Origin: Acetobacteraceae bacterium
GTDB lineage: Bacteria; Pseudomonadota; Alphaproteobacteria; Acetobacterales; Acetobacteraceae
Length of the DNA stretch: 57,819 nucleotides
NCBI GenBank assembly: GCA_025360065.1
Contig: JANYCX010000135.1
Location: 1 to 57,819, forward strand
Direction: 5' to 3'
Position 1 is the first letter of the stretch. The number at the start of each line of letters is the position of its first letter. This document shows, piece by piece, positions 11,131-19,687 of the stretch. The notes under the pieces are model-generated. The model was given only the letters and a program-made list of their open reading frames with translations, searched no databases and had not been told where the DNA came from. A program made the position numbers and the translations under genes.

Positions 11131-11661
11131 ATGCTCAATTTTTCAGCCATCCTCTCCGACCTGCAAGCCGCGATTGCGCGCCGTGCAGCGCGTGACCGGA
11201 CGCTGACGGTGCTGCTGGTGGCGGTGTGGGGGCGGATTGCGCGGATGGGCGCGCGGCTCGAACGGCTGGTGGCGTTGTGGCGGGCGGGGGCGTTGCCGCA
11301 GCCACGGGCGCCGCACACAAGGCCGTCGGGCATCAGTCAGGCCGATCAGCCATCCACCCGCCCGGCCTATCCGACGGCTGCGAATTGGTTGGTGCGCACG
11401 CTGGGCTATGAGGCGGTGGGGTTTGGCTTGCAGTTACAGCATTTGCTGTCGAATGCGGAGTGCGCGGCGTTCCTTGCGGCGGTTCCGCAGGCGGGGCGCA
11501 TTCTTCGGCCGCTCCTGCGGATGCTGAGCGTTGATCCGCTGCCTGAGGTGGTGCGCAAAGTGGAGCCGCCGGTGCCCGATCTGCTGCCAGTCGATCGGCT
11601 GCAGGACGGGGCGCTGCTCGGCGGGGTGGTGGCCCCGGTCTCACATTTTTTAGACGTGTGA
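11131..11661 (+). CDS. Hypothetical protein (176 aa), Arg/Ala/Leu-rich with a Pro-rich middle
   Basis: ORF with GC-rich third positions consistent with coding. I recall similar unannotated proteins in other alphaproteobacteria but cannot name a family. Confidence 0.45.
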   Translation: MLNFSAILSDLQAAIARRAARDRTLTVLLVAVWGRIARMGARLERLVALWRAGALPQPRAPHTRPSGISQADQPSTRPAYPTAANWLVRTLGYEAVGFGLQLQHLLSNAECAAFLAAVPQAGRILRPLLRMLSVDPLPEVVRKVEPPVPDLLPVDRLQDGALLGGVVAPVSHFLDV

Positions 11662-11760
11662 GCAGGGGCGCAATTTTGCGATTTATTTGTTACGATATCG
11701 AAACTTCAAATGATCTTTTCTTGGTGAATCAGCAGACACGCGCGAGCGTCTTGTAATCAC

Positions 11761-11803
11761 GAGCATCATCCGATCAAATAGGCTAGCCGATCGGATGATG
11801 CTC
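11761..11803. repeat. Perfect 15-bp inverted repeat (hairpin) with a 13-nt loop
   Basis: gagcatcatccgatc (11761-11775) / loop aaataggctagcc / gatcggatgatgctc (11789-11803). The arms are exact reverse complements. Confidence 0.9.
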
Positions 11804-11825
11804 TAGCCTGGTCATGGTCATACTG

Positions 11826-11867
11826 CTTTCTATGATCGCGAATTGTCTTTCTATGATCGCGAATTGT
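11826..11867. repeat. Exact 21-bp tandem direct duplication (2 copies)
   Basis: ctttctatgatcgcgaattgt occurs at 11826-11846 and again at 11847-11867. The second copy covers the last five codons plus the TAG stop of vapC. Confidence 0.95.
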
Positions 11868-12297
11868 CGAGGTTTCCGACCGCCCACGGATCAACCACCG
11901 CCACCCCACACCCCGCAAACCCTCCGCGATCCCGCGTCACGACCGCGCCGTCCCGCGCCGATGCAATCGAGGCAATCATCAGATCAGCCCCAGAAACCGG
12001 GTGCCCCACCCGCCGCCGACCGGCAAAAATCCCCGCATAAGCCTCCGCTGCCGCCATATCGAATGGCAGCACCCGCCCGGCAAAATCCTCGAGAAACACC
12101 GCCCGCGCCGCCGCTTCCAGCATGTCCCGCCGCCGTCCCTCAGCCATGGTCGCCAGACCGGAAAGCACCTCCGCCTGGCTCACCGCAGTCGTAAACAGCA
12201 GATCAACCCTCTGCCCCGCAACCCACTCCAGCACCCTGGCGTCCGGCGCATCCCGCATCAATTCCGACAACACGTTCGTATCGAGGATAAACATCAC
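11851..12297 (-). CDS. vapC: Type II toxin VapC (PIN-domain ribonuclease)
   Basis: MFILDTNVLSEL..., with the conserved acidic PIN residues (DTNV ... E ... D). Overlaps the upstream antitoxin gene by 4 nt. Confidence 0.85.
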   Translation of the reverse strand: MMFILDTNVLSELMRDAPDARVLEWVAGQRVDLLFTTAVSQAEVLSGLATMAEGRRRDMLEAAARAVFLEDFAGRVLPFDMAAAEAYAGIFAGRRRVGHPVSGADLMIASIASARDGAVVTRDRGGFAGCGVAVVDPWAVGNLDNSRS

Positions 12298-12542
12298 TCA
12301 AAATGCGGCGGCTCGCGCATCGCCTCGCGCGGTGGAAGCTCCAGTTCAATCCCGCCCAGTGGCGCAAACCGCGCCCTGATCCGTTCAGCCAAATTGCGCT
12401 CCGGTGCCGGTTCGGGCGGTGCCAGGATCGCCTGCAAAATCCCCCGAACCTCGGCTTCCATTGACCGCCCATTTTCGGCCGCGCGCACGCGCAAGCGTTC
12501 CTTGATGACAGGCTCAATATCACGGATGGTAAGCATCGCCAT
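12294..12542 (-). CDS. vapB: Type II antitoxin (FitA/VapB-like, ribbon-helix-helix)
   Basis: 82 aa. MAMLTIRDIEPVIKERLRVRAAENGRSMEAEVRGIL is the Arc/RHH antitoxin signature. Translationally coupled to vapC. Confidence 0.75.
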   Translation of the reverse strand: MAMLTIRDIEPVIKERLRVRAAENGRSMEAEVRGILQAILAPPEPAPERNLAERIRARFAPLGGIELELPPREAMREPPHFE

Positions 12543-12620
12543 GGCAGCCTCACTGCTTGCTCCTGCGGCAGGCTAGCAATTGCATCCAATGCCTTTTCAT
12601 CTCGTGCCGAAAGCTCCAAA

Positions 12621-13631
12621 ATGCCCGAAACCCCCACCCTCCCTAAAATCGCCTTCATCGGCACCGGCGGCACCATCGCGTCAATTGGCGCCACCAGCCG
12701 CGAGTTGCAGGATTACGGCGCCAACGGCGTCATCCTCCAAGCCGGCGACCTCGCCGCCCGGGTGCCCGAACTGGCTGAAGTCGCGGACATCATTGCCGTG
12801 CCGTTCGCCGCGGTGCCGAGCCCGAACATCTTTTTCCCCGAATGGCAGGGCCTGGTGCGGCTATGCGACCAGTTGGTCGCCGATCACCCAGACCTCGCCG
12901 GCATTGTCATCGGCCATGGCACCGCGAGCCTGGAAGAAACCGCCTATATGCTGAACCTTACCGCCAAAATTGCCATCCCGATCGTGGTGGTCGGCGCGCA
13001 ACGGCCGGCGAGCGCGATTTCGACTGACGCCAACATCAACCTGTTCAATGCCGTGCGGGTCGCTGCCGCCGCGCAATCACGTGGCTTGGGGGTGCTGGTC
13101 ATGCTCAATGACGAAATCCATGCGGCGCGGGAGGTTACCAAGACCTCGACCTTGCGGATGCACACCTTCCGTACGCCCGATTTCGGGGTGCTTGGCCATG
13201 CCGACGGCGATGCGATTGCCTATTACCGCCGGCCGATCCGCCGCGCAGCCCCGGATACCGAGTTCGATATTCGTCATCTCGCGGCATTGCCACGGGTCGA
13301 TATCGCCTATTCCTATGCCGGCGCCGACGGCACCGCGGTGCGGGCCTTTATCGCGGCCGGGGCGCGCGCGATTGTGTCGGCAGGCTTCGCGCCAGGCTTT
13401 GCCGGACCGGGCGATTTTGCCGCCTTGAAGCAAGCCGTCGCCCAGGGCGTGATTGTGATGCAGTGCACCCGCGCCGGCAGTGGCCGGACCCATAAGGGCA
13501 AAAATCTCCGCGAAGCCGGGTTTCTGATCAGCGACAACCTCAACCCGCAAAAGGCGCGGCTGCTGCTGGCGCTGGCGTTGACGGTGACCAACGACCCGGA
13601 GGAAATTGAACGGATCTTCCTGACCTACTGA
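12621..13631 (+). CDS. L-asparaginase
   Basis: N-terminal active-site motif IAFIGTGGTIAS, then HGTASLEET. Confidence 0.85.
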   Translation: MPETPTLPKIAFIGTGGTIASIGATSRELQDYGANGVILQAGDLAARVPELAEVADIIAVPFAAVPSPNIFFPEWQGLVRLCDQLVADHPDLAGIVIGHGTASLEETAYMLNLTAKIAIPIVVVGAQRPASAISTDANINLFNAVRVAAAAQSRGLGVLVMLNDEIHAAREVTKTSTLRMHTFRTPDFGVLGHADGDAIAYYRRPIRRAAPDTEFDIRHLAALPRVDIAYSYAGADGTAVRAFIAAGARAIVSAGFAPGFAGPGDFAALKQAVAQGVIVMQCTRAGSGRTHKGKNLREAGFLISDNLNPQKARLLLALALTVTNDPEEIERIFLTY

Positions 13632-15287
13632 TCAGGCCTCGCGGTAGCTCAGCAAGAACAACCCGACCAGCAGGAAGCATGCCGGCCACACCCAGCCGGC
13701 AACGCGCTGGCCACGACCGGGGTCAAGCCGCAATTCTAGCCAGCGTGCCCAGCCGGCGGCAGCGCCGGCCAGCGCCAAGGGCGTATGGGTCAGCTCGATC
13801 AGCAATTGTTCCTTGACGTTGGCGATCGCGTGGCTGTGGGTCAGCAGCGCCGCGCCACCGATGGCGGTCAGCAACGGAAACACCAAAGTCATCCATTGCG
13901 CCCGCACATGGCCAAGCCGCACCCGCCATTCGAAGATCGCAAAGCAAATCAGCAACACCACGAAAAACCGATGCTGCAAAACCTCGACATCGCGCAGCGA
14001 GTCGAGGAATGAAATATCGCCCATCGGCCAAGTCTCGGGGTCCGAGCGCAGAAACAGGAACGCCGCCAGCCCGAAGAACATCACCGGCCAGTGTCGCGCC
14101 GCCCGCAACCCGGCTTGATTGAGCATCGCCAACAGCGCGATGGCGATCACGAACAGCCCGGCCCAATGATGATTATACTCGGACCATGCAATATCGGCGG
14201 CATTGCGGTCGGGCAGTAATCCGCCACCGGGCACAAAAGCGGCCTGCGGCTTTTGCGCGGTCGCGGCAGCTTCGGCATCCAGCTTGGCCTGCAACGCCGG
14301 CAAGGCGAGCGCATCGTGATCGGGGCTTTCAAACCGTGGCCAGACCGGGGTGTTGCGCTCAACAATTTCCTGGAAGGTGACGCGGCCCTGGGTCAGATCA
14401 ACCCCGGGTGGCACCGAGGTCAGGGACGCGGCGGCGAAGAACAGGGTGAAGCCGATGCCGATTTCCACCTCGGCGAAGCGGCGCAACCGGGTGATGCTGG
14501 TGTCGCGATGCGGCCGCAGGCTGCGGATCAAGCGGAAATTGCCGAAGCCCAGCAGCAGCAGCGCCAGGAACATCGCGCCTTTCGCACCGGTCATGACGCC
14601 GTAAGCGGTGCCGTAACTTGCCGGAACCGACCCGATATACCAAACCGCCAGCACGCTCGCCGACAGCAGGATCGCGGTAACGCCGATCATGCACATGCTC
14701 GAAAAGCGCTCGCCCACCATCCGCCATGCGGCACTGTCGCCGCCACGCCGCAGGGCGGCAACGAAGGCCGGAATGCCGCCGATCCAGATCGCGGCGCCAA
14801 GCTGATGCACGAAGGTGGCGGCAAGCAGGATTTCCCGGCTTTCGACCCGCGCGATGGCATGGGTTGTCAGCGTGCCGGCGGCCAACACAGCGGCGCTGCC
14901 CAGCACCAGCAGCACCGACGTTCCTGTGCTGTCGCGCAACGCCAACAACCCGAACAACACCAGCGCCGCGATGATCTTCACCAGTCCCGCCACGGCGAAA
15001 TCCGCCGCCATCGCGTCGGCAGGTTCAAGCCCGGTGGTGGTGACCAGCACCGCGACTTGCATCACCATGGTGGCCATCTCCCCCGCGATCAACCCGACCA
15101 ACGCCCAGCGCGCAATGCGCACCGTATCGGTGATGACCGCAGTGCCGGTCGCCCCGATCATCCAGGCACGCGGTCTGGCGAGAAACACCAGGAAAAGCAC
15201 ACTCCCGACCGCCGTCGCCTGACCGACGATAGTCACACCATGCAGGATGATGCTGAGATAGCCGAACAGATCGACGAGAAGTTGCAT
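13632..15287 (-). CDS. copD: CopD-family copper-resistance membrane protein, long form (551 aa)
   Basis: Polytopic membrane protein starting MQLLVDLFGYLSIILHG. Its ATG lies 1 nt after the copC stop. The longest ORF (to 15374) overlaps copC and was rejected. Confidence 0.7.
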   Translation of the reverse strand: MQLLVDLFGYLSIILHGVTIVGQATAVGSVLFLVFLARPRAWMIGATGTAVITDTVRIARWALVGLIAGEMATMVMQVAVLVTTTGLEPADAMAADFAVAGLVKIIAALVLFGLLALRDSTGTSVLLVLGSAAVLAAGTLTTHAIARVESREILLAATFVHQLGAAIWIGGIPAFVAALRRGGDSAAWRMVGERFSSMCMIGVTAILLSASVLAVWYIGSVPASYGTAYGVMTGAKGAMFLALLLLGFGNFRLIRSLRPHRDTSITRLRRFAEVEIGIGFTLFFAAASLTSVPPGVDLTQGRVTFQEIVERNTPVWPRFESPDHDALALPALQAKLDAEAAATAQKPQAAFVPGGGLLPDRNAADIAWSEYNHHWAGLFVIAIALLAMLNQAGLRAARHWPVMFFGLAAFLFLRSDPETWPMGDISFLDSLRDVEVLQHRFFVVLLICFAIFEWRVRLGHVRAQWMTLVFPLLTAIGGAALLTHSHAIANVKEQLLIELTHTPLALAGAAAGWARWLELRLDPGRGQRVAGWVWPACFLLVGLFLLSYREA

Positions 15288-15288
15288 A

Positions 15289-15654
15289 TCAGCGGGCAAT
15301 CCCGGTGAAGCCGATAACGCCACGGGTGATATGGCCGTCAATCGCCAGAACCTGCCAGTGCAATTGCATGCCACCTGACGCCATGATGGTATCGGCCTCC
15401 ATCAGGTCCGGGGTGGGGCCGGGTCGGATTTGCAAGCGCTGGTCATCGCGTCCCGGCACCACCAGGGTTAATTGGGACCGGGCAATATCGATCCGGCTGT
15501 TGAAGCGCAGCCGGATGGCGACGGTTCCGGCCGGGACGGTGCCGTTCGGCGCCGGATAGCCATCCATCAGAATGGCATGCGCGGTGGCAGGGAAGCTGAC
15601 GCCAAACAGACCGAGAACCAACAAGCCACGCCGGAGAAGAAAATGTGCACGCAT
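15289..15654 (-). CDS. copC: CopC-family periplasmic copper-binding protein
   Basis: Signal peptide MRAHFLLRRGLLVLGLFGVSFPATA followed by mature N-terminus HAILMDGYPAPNG and W.V.AIDGH..G, the CopC Cu(II)-site pattern. Confidence 0.8.
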   Translation of the reverse strand: MRAHFLLRRGLLVLGLFGVSFPATAHAILMDGYPAPNGTVPAGTVAIRLRFNSRIDIARSQLTLVVPGRDDQRLQIRPGPTPDLMEADTIMASGGMQLHWQVLAIDGHITRGVIGFTGIAR

Positions 15655-15746
15655 GATCGGGCATTTAGCCGCCCCTGCCCCCCAGGTCCATCGCTCTGGA
15701 CGCAAGGCCGCAATCGCGGTCTAAACCGTCGCACCCCGCATCCGTC

Positions 15747-16205
15747 ATGGACCTTGCAATGTCGCGCCCGCCGCCCGCCAATCGTTTAGATTTCCGCTGG
15801 TTTTTGCCGATCACCACCCGCTTCATGGACAATGACGCGTTCGCCCATGTTAATAACGTGATCTATTATTCATGGATCGACACAGCGGTGAACCGGTTCC
15901 TGATGGATCGTGGCCTGCTTGACCTTCAGGCGAGCCCGGTGATCGGGATTGTCGCCGAATCGGGCTGTCGTTACCGCGCCCAGATCGCCTATCCCGATGA
16001 TGTGACGGTCGGGCTGCGGATCGACACATTGGGCAACAGCTCGGTCCGCTACGGGCTGGGGATTTTTCGGGCTGATGAAGATGTTGCCTCCGCTGAGGGA
16101 CATTTCGTGCATGTTTACGTCGATCGTGCCAGCATGCGGCCAGTGCCGATCCCGGATCATATCCGTGCGGTCATGCAGACAATAACACTTGAGGGAGCAC
16201 CATAA
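15747..16205 (+). CDS. Acyl-CoA thioesterase (hotdog fold, YbgC/4HBT-like)
   Basis: FRWFLPITTRFMDNDAFAHVNNVIYYSWID is typical of 4HBT-family thioesterases. Confidence 0.7.
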   Translation: MDLAMSRPPPANRLDFRWFLPITTRFMDNDAFAHVNNVIYYSWIDTAVNRFLMDRGLLDLQASPVIGIVAESGCRYRAQIAYPDDVTVGLRIDTLGNSSVRYGLGIFRADEDVASAEGHFVHVYVDRASMRPVPIPDHIRAVMQTITLEGAP

Positions 16206-16206
16206 A

Positions 16207-16989
16207 ATGGACATGGGATTGCGCGGCAAGACCGCTTTGGTATGTGCGGCGAGCAAGGGGTTGGGTAAAGCCTGTGCCATGGCGCTGGCGCGGGAAGGGG
16301 TCAATGTCACCATTACCGCGCGCGGCGTCGATGTGCTGGAAGCCACCGCCGCTGAAATCCGCGCGGCAACCGGGGCGCGGGTCGTAACCGTTGTTGGCGA
16401 CATCACCACCGAAGCCGGGCGCGCGGCAGCTTTGGCCGCCACGCCGGACATCGACATCCTGGTCAACAACGCCGGCGGCCCGCCGCCGGGCGATTTCCGC
16501 GATTGGGAACGCGACGATTGGATCAAGGCGGTCGACGCCAACATGCTGACGCCGATCTTTCTGATCAAGGCGGTGGTCGATGGCATGATCGCGCGCAAAT
16601 TCGGCCGCATCGTCAACATCACTTCGGCCTCGGTGAAGTCGCCGATTGCCGCTTTGGGCATGAGCAACGGGGCGCGTGCCGGCCTCACCGGATTTGTCGC
16701 CGGCCTCGCCCGGCAGGTGGCGCGCCACAACGTCACCATCAACGGCCTGCTGCCCGGCCCGTTCCTCACCGACCGGCTGCGTGGCACCTCGGCGGCGATG
16801 GCGGGCAAAACCGGCCGCAGCCTCGATGACGAAATCGCGTTCCGGATGAAGGACACGCCAACCGGGCGCGCCGGCGATCCGGCCGAGTTCGGCGATGCCT
16901 GCGTGTTCCTGTGCGCGGCATCATCAAGCTATATTGTTGGGCAGAACCTGCTGCTCGATGGCGGGGCGTTCAATTCGATGTTGGGGTAG
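16207..16989 (+). CDS. SDR-family oxidoreductase
   Basis: KTALVCAASKGLG cofactor motif, NNAG, and a classic short-chain dehydrogenase layout. ATG lies 1 nt after the thioesterase stop. Confidence 0.85.
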   Translation: MDMGLRGKTALVCAASKGLGKACAMALAREGVNVTITARGVDVLEATAAEIRAATGARVVTVVGDITTEAGRAAALAATPDIDILVNNAGGPPPGDFRDWERDDWIKAVDANMLTPIFLIKAVVDGMIARKFGRIVNITSASVKSPIAALGMSNGARAGLTGFVAGLARQVARHNVTINGLLPGPFLTDRLRGTSAAMAGKTGRSLDDEIAFRMKDTPTGRAGDPAEFGDACVFLCAASSSYIVGQNLLLDGGAFNSMLG

Positions 16990-17042
16990 GGTCGATGACC
17001 AATCCGGCGGGTTCGTGCCCCCGCCGGGCTGGGATTAACCGA

Positions 17043-18278
17043 TCAGACCCGCTCCAGCCGCGCCGCGAAAAACCCATCCATCCCGCCGCGATCGGGCCAA
17101 AGCGCGGGGGTGGTGCGCAAGGTGCCGTCCGCGGTCACTGCCTCCGGCACGCCATAGCCATCGGCCGGGATCGGCACCAGCCGCAACGGCAGCCGTGTGA
17201 GTGCCGCATCGATCCGCGCCGCACCCTCGGCCGGCAACAGCGAGCACACCGCATAAACCAGCCGCCCACCTGGCCGAAGCATGGCGCAGGCGGCATCGAG
17301 CAGTTTGTCCTGCAATTTGTTGAGCGCGCCGATATCGCTCGCCCGTTTGATATGCACCACATCGGGATGGCGGCGGATGGTGCCGGTGGCGCTGCACGGC
17401 GCATCGAGCAGAACGGCGTCCAACAGGGCAGGCGGCTGCCAGGTTGTGGCATCGGCATGGACGACCTCGGGGGTCATGCCCAGGCGTGCGAGGTTTTCGC
17501 GCAGGCGATCAATGCGTTTGGCATCACGCTCGACCGCGATCACCCGCGCGCCGCTCGCCGCAAGCTGCGCGGTCTTGCCGCCCGGTGCGGCGCAAAGATC
17601 GGCGACCACCTCGCCAGCTTGGGCGGCCAGCATGCGCCCCGGCAGCGCGGCGGCGGCGTCCTGCACCCAAAAACCACCCTCGGCAAACCCGGCCAGATCG
17701 GCGACCCTAGTGCCAGGCGGATAGCGCCACGATCCGGTTGGCAGTTCCACGCCATTTTCCGGGGCCTCGAAGCCTGACGCAAGCGTAAGGTCAATCGCGG
17801 CTTCCTGCTGATGCGCGGTGGCAATCGCCCGCGCATCCCGCCCCCAGGCCGACCATAGCCAGGATGGCGTGTCGAGGCGGGGCGCGTCGAGCTCTGCCAG
17901 CGCTGCCGCCCCACCGGCGGCAATCCGGCGCAGCACCGCATTCACCAGCCCGGTGAACGGCGCAAGCCCTTTCGCGCGGGCAAGATCAACCGCAGTTGCC
18001 ACCGCCGCGTGCGCCGGCGCATCAAGCAGCAGCAGCGCCGCCGCGCCAAGCCGCAGCACATGGCGCACCGGCACTGGCGGGCGTTTGGTGAGGAAGGGTT
18101 CCATGACCGCATCGAGCGTGCCCAGCCGGCGCAATACGCTTGCCGCCAGCCGATGCGCGGCGGCGCGGTCTCGCGGATCGATCGGTGGCAGCGCGTCGAG
18201 GGCCTCCTCAATCGGCCGGCCGCGATCAAGCACGGTGGTCAGAAGGTCGAAGGCGGCAGCGCGGGTGGGGTCGGTCAT
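17043..18278 (-). CDS. rsmB: RsmB/NOP-family SAM-dependent rRNA cytosine-C5 methyltransferase
   Basis: NusB-like N-terminus, DLCAAPGGKT SAM motif, DAPCSATGTIRRHPD catalytic Cys motif. Confidence 0.8.
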   Translation of the reverse strand: MTDPTRAAAFDLLTTVLDRGRPIEEALDALPPIDPRDRAAAHRLAASVLRRLGTLDAVMEPFLTKRPPVPVRHVLRLGAAALLLLDAPAHAAVATAVDLARAKGLAPFTGLVNAVLRRIAAGGAAALAELDAPRLDTPSWLWSAWGRDARAIATAHQQEAAIDLTLASGFEAPENGVELPTGSWRYPPGTRVADLAGFAEGGFWVQDAAAALPGRMLAAQAGEVVADLCAAPGGKTAQLAASGARVIAVERDAKRIDRLRENLARLGMTPEVVHADATTWQPPALLDAVLLDAPCSATGTIRRHPDVVHIKRASDIGALNKLQDKLLDAACAMLRPGGRLVYAVCSLLPAEGAARIDAALTRLPLRLVPIPADGYGVPEAVTADGTLRTTPALWPDRGGMDGFFAARLERV

Positions 18279-18332
18279 GCCGTCCTATTTGCCCCTATCG
18301 CCACCGCCGCGCCAGCCTTGCCGGTGTGGAAA

Positions 18333-19076
18333 TCAGATTTGTTGCTTGGCGGTTGTCGCCAACCGGTGGATCAGCTCGCGACCGGCTTCGCCCACTACGA
18401 TGTAGCCGTGCTTGCCATCATCCCACGTCGCCAGATGCTGCTTGTCGCGCCGTTCGACCAGGATCGGACTGGGCGTCGCGTCGTGCCAGAACATGCAGAA
18501 GCCGATGGGCAGGCCATCGGCGCGGGTGTACATCAACTCCGCCACCGGTGCGCCATCGACAACCACCATGCGTCCGCCGGCGAACGTCAGCCCGGCCGCG
18601 CTGAAATCAGGGACGACAAGCGTGCCCTTCACCCGCCGGCCAAGCCAGGCCTTGAGGTGATCGATCTGGGACGCTGGCACTTCCACCAGGTGCACCGTCT
18701 CCCGCGAATAAACCGCATGATATTCAGCAACTTCGCTCAACATCCGTGACCGCGCGGAAATGAGTAAGTCTGGCCAGATCGCCCCGGCGCCATAGCCCAG
18801 CACGGCCAGCATCACGGCTGCCGCGATTGCCATCCAACGCCGCAGCGCCGGTCGGCGCGGACGCATTGCGGGTGCGACGGTGGTCGGGCCTTTGGCGTAA
18901 AGACTCTCCGCGAAGGCCGCCCGCAACAACGCGGTGGTTTCCCGATGCAGCGCCAGCATCCGCTCGGCGTCCGGATTGGCGGCAATATAAGCCTCGACCT
19001 CGGCGGTTGTGGCGGCGTCGAGTTCACCATCGGCATAGCCGACGAGAAGGTTTTCCATGGCTTGCTTGTCGGTCAT
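18333..19076 (-). CDS. Anti-sigma factor, single-pass membrane protein
   Basis: N-terminal anti-sigma domain (LLVGYADGELDAATTAEVEAYIAANPDA), one TM (WMAIAAAVMLAVLGYGAGAIW) and a periplasmic C-domain. Starts 2 nt after the sigma-factor stop. Confidence 0.75.
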   Translation of the reverse strand: MTDKQAMENLLVGYADGELDAATTAEVEAYIAANPDAERMLALHRETTALLRAAFAESLYAKGPTTVAPAMRPRRPALRRWMAIAAAVMLAVLGYGAGAIWPDLLISARSRMLSEVAEYHAVYSRETVHLVEVPASQIDHLKAWLGRRVKGTLVVPDFSAAGLTFAGGRMVVVDGAPVAELMYTRADGLPIGFCMFWHDATPSPILVERRDKQHLATWDDGKHGYIVVGEAGRELIHRLATTAKQQI

Positions 19077-19078
19077 GT

Positions 19079-19642
19079 CTAGCGGGCCTCGCCCGGTCGT
19101 TTGTCGCGGCCAACCCCGCCGCGCGGTGGGAATTGGCTGACGCCGTCTGGCGCGGTTGTCGGGTTCATGCGCTGGTGCAAATCCTGTCTGGCACGTGACA
19201 GCCGGCTCATCACCGTGCCCAACGGGATACCGAGGGTTTCCGACGCCTCCCGATAGCTCAGCCCGTCAACACAAACCAGCATCAGCAGGATCCGCTGATC
19301 GGCGGGCATGCCCAGCATCGCCACGCGGACCGCGGCGAGGGTGATGCGGCCATCGACCACAGCCTGCCCGTCATCGCCGATCACCCCGGCTGCGGTGTCA
19401 AGATCATCATGGCGCCGCCGCTTGCGGTAGCGCAGTTCATCGATCCAAAGATTGCGCATAATTCCATAAAGCCAGGCATCCAGCCGTCCGTGTTCCCGCA
19501 GTTGTTCCGATCGCAAAATCACCCGCTCACAGGTGAGCTGCACCAGATCATCGGCGTCGGATGCCGATCCGGAGAGCGCTAATCCAAACCGGCGCAACCG
19601 TGGCAGCAGAATAACCAGCGCGTTGCGAAGGTCGGGACCCAT
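19079..19642 (-). CDS. ECF-type RNA polymerase sigma-70 factor
   Basis: Region 2 (DADDLVQLTCERV...WLYGIMRNLWIDELR) and region 4 HTH (LSYREASETLGIPLGTVMSRLSRAR). Confidence 0.85.
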   Translation of the reverse strand: MGPDLRNALVILLPRLRRFGLALSGSASDADDLVQLTCERVILRSEQLREHGRLDAWLYGIMRNLWIDELRYRKRRRHDDLDTAAGVIGDDGQAVVDGRITLAAVRVAMLGMPADQRILLMLVCVDGLSYREASETLGIPLGTVMSRLSRARQDLHQRMNPTTAPDGVSQFPPRGGVGRDKRPGEAR

Positions 19643-19687
19643 CAACTATTCTCATCGTTCAGCAAGCAGACGATTGCCGGGTTAAAT

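Noticed and set aside
11826-11867. CRISPR array or minisatellite
   Set aside because: There are only two directly abutting copies, no spacers and no cas genes. It is a simple tandem duplication.
13629-13634. Asparaginase and copD stops abut as the palindrome TGATCA, leaving zero intergenic bases between convergent genes
   Set aside because: This is a real observation, but it is most simply a coincidence of compact gene packing. No structure or signal is attached to it.
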